Positions 17,130 through 20,000 of a DNA stretch of 20,000 bases are shown in pieces. The notes below the pieces were generated by a model, which was given only the letters and a program-made list of their open reading frames with translations, was not told the origin of the DNA and searched no databases. Each line of letters opens with the position of its first letter. Positions within the stretch are counted from its first letter, which is position 1. The position numbers and the translations under genes were made by a program. Origin of the DNA: an uncultured virus (IMG/VR IMGVR_UViG_2061766007_000995) (lineage: Duplodnaviria; Heunggongvirae; Uroviricota; Caudoviricetes); the IMG/VR virus record IMGVR_UViG_2061766007_000995, one strand, 5' to 3'.

Positions 17130-17918
17130 TTAGCACAGCCATAGTCCGACTTTTCTTCCTTTCATCTCATCTTTAAGCCATTTCTCTGCATAAACGAGAA
17201 CCTTGGCCTCCCTAAGAGGGTTTAGAGGGATTCCATCAATGTCCTTCTGAACCTTCTTTGTTTTTCTCCACTCTCGGCAAAGTTCAACTCTCCATTCCGG
17301 CAAGGTCCGATTTTCGCCTATGCGTTCAATGTCCTGCTCACCTATGATTCTTTGTATGGCATGCTTTCCGTTGCATCCATCAGTCTGCACCGCGACAAGA
17401 CGCTTGACTGGAGCTCCTTTTTCAATTGCCAGTATTGCACCAGACGCTAGAAGCCCATTTCCACATGGAACAAGCAGAATGTCCAGTTCTGGTGCGTTTT
17501 CTGCCTGCCACATGGAATCTGCAACGTGAAGCTGCCAGGATTCTCTAACTGCCTGCCAAGCGTCCATTGCCTCTCCAGCATTCTGCACCGGTTCAACTCC
17601 AGACTCGCCAACTGCTGTTTTAAAGCTCTTTTTCTCCATTTGGCTTTTGGTAAGAATTGCAAGAGCCTTTAAACCAATCAATGATGCGGCCAGTCCAAAG
17701 TCCATTATTTCCTTTGGTGTTTTTGGCTTCATCCATACAAGACCTGAATGCTCTTCCATTATTTCATGATAAAATGCTTCAAGAGCAATAGCAATTCGTC
17801 TTGCATTAGATCCAGCTGGAGACGCAAATGGAGGAGCCCACAAATCATCTCTTTTCAGCCAGTAGCCATCTCTATGCTCCCATGGCGTTCTTTTCTTTAG
17901 GCAGTCCATTTTTGACAT
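17130..17918 (-). CDS. Fold-type-II PLP-dependent enzyme homologue (ACC deaminase/D-cysteine desulfhydrase-like; phage PLP-enzyme family)
   Basis: TPWE...YWLKRDDL, LVPCGNGLLASG phosphate loop, GIPLNPLREAK, C-terminal GLWL; GSNARR where GxKxR is expected. Confidence 0.75.
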   Translation of the reverse strand: MSKMDCLKKRTPWEHRDGYWLKRDDLWAPPFASPAGSNARRIAIALEAFYHEIMEEHSGLVWMKPKTPKEIMDFGLAASLIGLKALAILTKSQMEKKSFKTAVGESGVEPVQNAGEAMDAWQAVRESWQLHVADSMWQAENAPELDILLVPCGNGLLASGAILAIEKGAPVKRLVAVQTDGCNGKHAIQRIIGEQDIERIGENRTLPEWRVELCREWRKTKKVQKDIDGIPLNPLREAKVLVYAEKWLKDEMKGRKVGLWLC

Positions 17919-17946
17919 TCTTCACTGATGAATTTAATGCTGGTTT

Positions 17947-17954
17947 GTAAATAT
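17947..17954 (+). promoter_or_regulatory. Putative late promoter GTAAATAT
   Basis: 20 nt upstream of the gp4 ATG. Confidence 0.6.
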
Positions 17955-17981
17955 TTTATGCTGTTTTTTCTTTAATGTCCA
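17953..17981 (-). promoter_or_regulatory. Possible sigma70-type promoter for the PLP-enzyme gene
   Basis: Minus strand TGGACA (17981-17976), 17-nt spacer, TAAAAT (17958-17953). Confidence 0.45.
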
Positions 17982-18457
17982 GCAAACCAGTTCTAAAAAG
18001 AAAAGTTCCATGGGTTCAGGGACGCTTTTCTCCCCGCAATCCAGCAAAGTATATTGGAAATCCTTCCAATATTGTCTATAGAAGCTCCTGGGAAAGAAGT
18101 TTTCTTCACTGGTGCGACATCACAAGACAGGTAGTAAGATGGTCTTCTGAAGAACTGATCATTCCATATCAGTCTCCAATTGATGGACAGATGCATCGCT
18201 ATTTTGTTGATTTTGTTGTGTGGATGGCTACGGCAAATGGAATACAGAAATATGCCGTTGAAATAAAGCCAAGAAATGAATGCGTTCCACCAAAGCCACC
18301 AAAGAGAAAAAGCCTGAATGAAGCCTATGTCAGACGGCTGCAAACATATCAAGTCAATCAGGCCAAATGGAAGTATGCAAAGGCCTGGTGCGAAAAGAAT
18401 GGCTTCAAGTTTCTAATTCTTACAGAAAATGAACTCTGCAAAAGAGATAAGAGATGA
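17975..18457 (+). CDS. gp4: T4-like head completion nuclease (TnsA-like)
   Basis: QGRFSPRNPAKYIG, YRSSWE, WSSEE, HRYFVDF, VEIKP, NQAKW, FLILTENEL. Confidence 0.92.
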   Translation: MSSKPVLKRKVPWVQGRFSPRNPAKYIGNPSNIVYRSSWERSFLHWCDITRQVVRWSSEELIIPYQSPIDGQMHRYFVDFVVWMATANGIQKYAVEIKPRNECVPPKPPKRKSLNEAYVRRLQTYQVNQAKWKYAKAWCEKNGFKFLILTENELCKRDKR

Positions 18458-19224
18458 TAAGCTATTCCGTTCATTTAAAGCATATGATGAATGCGGCTTC
18501 CCATATTGAGAAGCCAGACAAATACCTGTACAAAAAGATTGTTTCATTTGTTAAGGCTGTCAAAAAAAGGAAATTCAAATTTCGTCCAGCCTGGGGAAAA
18601 GTATTTTCCTTTATGTACATTGCAAAATTTGCTAAGGTACTTCCATACTACGACCGATATCCTCTTGTTCTCATATTGAGAAGAGATACAAAGAAAGGAT
18701 ATTTTGATGGTCTTAATCTTCATTATGTCAATCCATACTACAGATATCTTCTGCTTAATGGAATAAAGCATCTTCATATGCCTGGACCAGACAGATATCT
18801 TGTCAAGGAATTTCAGGAAACCGTATCTAAATTCGTACAGCGAATATTCAGACCTTGCTATCACAGATACCGAATGGATCATGTAAGAAATATGAGATTT
18901 ATTCCAGTTTCTGGCGTACTTCCTATTCACTTTCAGGCCGTAAAGGATCAGACTTTCATAAAGAGCGGCCTGCAGAGAGTCTGGATGGATTCACTAAAGA
19001 CAATCACTCGTGGATTTAGATTTAGACAAAGAATGGAAAACAAGCGAAAAGCAAAAAAAGCTGCTGAAAGACATGCTAAAGTACATTCAAAAACAGGAAA
19101 AAATAAAAATAGTAGAACCACTTCCAGAACAAGGTCAAAAATAGACGCTCCATCAAGACGTTCTGCAACTTCAAGAAATTCAAAAGCTAGAACTGGAAAG
19201 AAATACAAGGGAAAAAGAAAATGA
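18454..19224 (+). CDS. gp2: T4-like DNA end protector protein with a long basic C-terminal tail
   Basis: FMYxAK, LPYYDRYPLV, GLNLHY, CYHRY; adjacent to gp4. Confidence 0.85.
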   Translation: MISYSVHLKHMMNAASHIEKPDKYLYKKIVSFVKAVKKRKFKFRPAWGKVFSFMYIAKFAKVLPYYDRYPLVLILRRDTKKGYFDGLNLHYVNPYYRYLLLNGIKHLHMPGPDRYLVKEFQETVSKFVQRIFRPCYHRYRMDHVRNMRFIPVSGVLPIHFQAVKDQTFIKSGLQRVWMDSLKTITRGFRFRQRMENKRKAKKAAERHAKVHSKTGKNKNSRTTSRTRSKIDAPSRRSATSRNSKARTGKKYKGKRK

Positions 19225-19937
19225 GTGCACCATCAATAACCCATCTAGAATCAAAGGCAAATGACTATATTCCAACAATAGAAGCCTTCAAGACGCGATT
19301 TAGGCATCTGCTTCTTAACAACAGATATACTGTTGAATTTGGTGGAAGTAAATTTTGGAATACATATGGAAGATATATTAGATTCATGGTTTCCGCCATC
19401 ACCATTCCTTCATGGATGATAGACAATGAGCAGGTATACATTGGTGGAACTAAAATGAATATACCAAGTGGATTCCAGCAGAACAACATTGACATGACGT
19501 TATTCAATACTGGTCCAGAACTTCAGGTGTTTCAAGAATGGATGAAGTTGACTTATGATCAGGAATCAAGAGCCTATGGATATTTTGATGACTTGAAATG
19601 TGATGTCAAGGTTCTTCAGTATACTACAAATGGAGAGCTGGCCCAAGAATTTATATTCACCGACTGTACGCTGTATCAAATGAATGGTATTTCATTCAGC
19701 TATGATCCAGCAAACTCTCCACAGACATTCAATGTGTCGCTTAACTACTATGGATATTCGCTTATTACTCCAGACAAGCTTATGCAGGCCGTGCCAAATG
19801 TAGATATAAAAACACCAGAGCAGTTGATGAAAAATCCAGCGGCAAAAGCGGCTGGAGTGCAGATAAAGCAGGATGCGGCAAAAGTAGAAGCTAAAAAGAA
19901 AGAAGAAGATAAAAAGAAACCTACCCCTGAACCTTAA
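19221..19937 (+). CDS. Tail tube initiator/baseplate subunit (gp54/gp19 fold)
   Basis: NRYTVEF, AITIPS, VFQEWM, YGYFDD, VLQY, ISFSYD...QTFNVSLNY pattern of the T4 gp54/gp19 family; next to gp2/gp4. Confidence 0.7.
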   Translation: MSAPSITHLESKANDYIPTIEAFKTRFRHLLLNNRYTVEFGGSKFWNTYGRYIRFMVSAITIPSWMIDNEQVYIGGTKMNIPSGFQQNNIDMTLFNTGPELQVFQEWMKLTYDQESRAYGYFDDLKCDVKVLQYTTNGELAQEFIFTDCTLYQMNGISFSYDPANSPQTFNVSLNYYGYSLITPDKLMQAVPNVDIKTPEQLMKNPAAKAAGVQIKQDAAKVEAKKKEEDKKKPTPEP

Positions 19938-20000
19938 TTTGGATTCTAAGCTAAATTAACATTGCAATAAGTAGAAACACATCTTTTAGTGCAAAAAAAA

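Noticed and set aside
17975..18457. Tn7 TnsA transposase or mobile element
   Set aside because: Motifs and position next to gp2 identify it as T4-like gp4; no tnsB/tnsC or transposon ends.
1..20000. CRISPR array, tRNA or rRNA genes
   Set aside because: No regularly spaced repeats with unique spacers and no cloverleaf seen in the short intergenic regions; not confirmed by a covariance search.

Overview
A 20 kb piece of a large T4-like (myovirus) phage genome, scaffolded from a mixed population. Most short 10-N gaps are flanked by slightly divergent duplicate copies of the same sequence, so several listed ORFs are fragments or false fusions. Positions 1-5875 (minus strand) are a late tail/fibre module: gp15 tail completion protein, an Ig-like adaptor, a collagen/beta-repeat protein, a coiled-coil fibre and two more fibre-like genes. 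From 5963 a sigma70-type promoter drives an early operon: only the N-terminal half of a family-B DNA polymerase (split gp43A), gp47/gp46 (Mre11/Rad50-like), a DUF488-like gene and small paralogous genes. Next come a LapG/BTLCP-type cysteine protease with no signal peptide, a candidate capsid-internal protein, gp13 neck, an AT-rich PD-(D/E)XK-like nuclease convergent with a fold-type-II PLP enzyme homologue lacking the expected Schiff-base lysine, and gp4, gp2 and a gp54/gp19-like gene. A TAAATAT motif about 20 nt upstream of four structural genes is the likely late promoter. All calls come from motif recognition by eye; no database searches were run.
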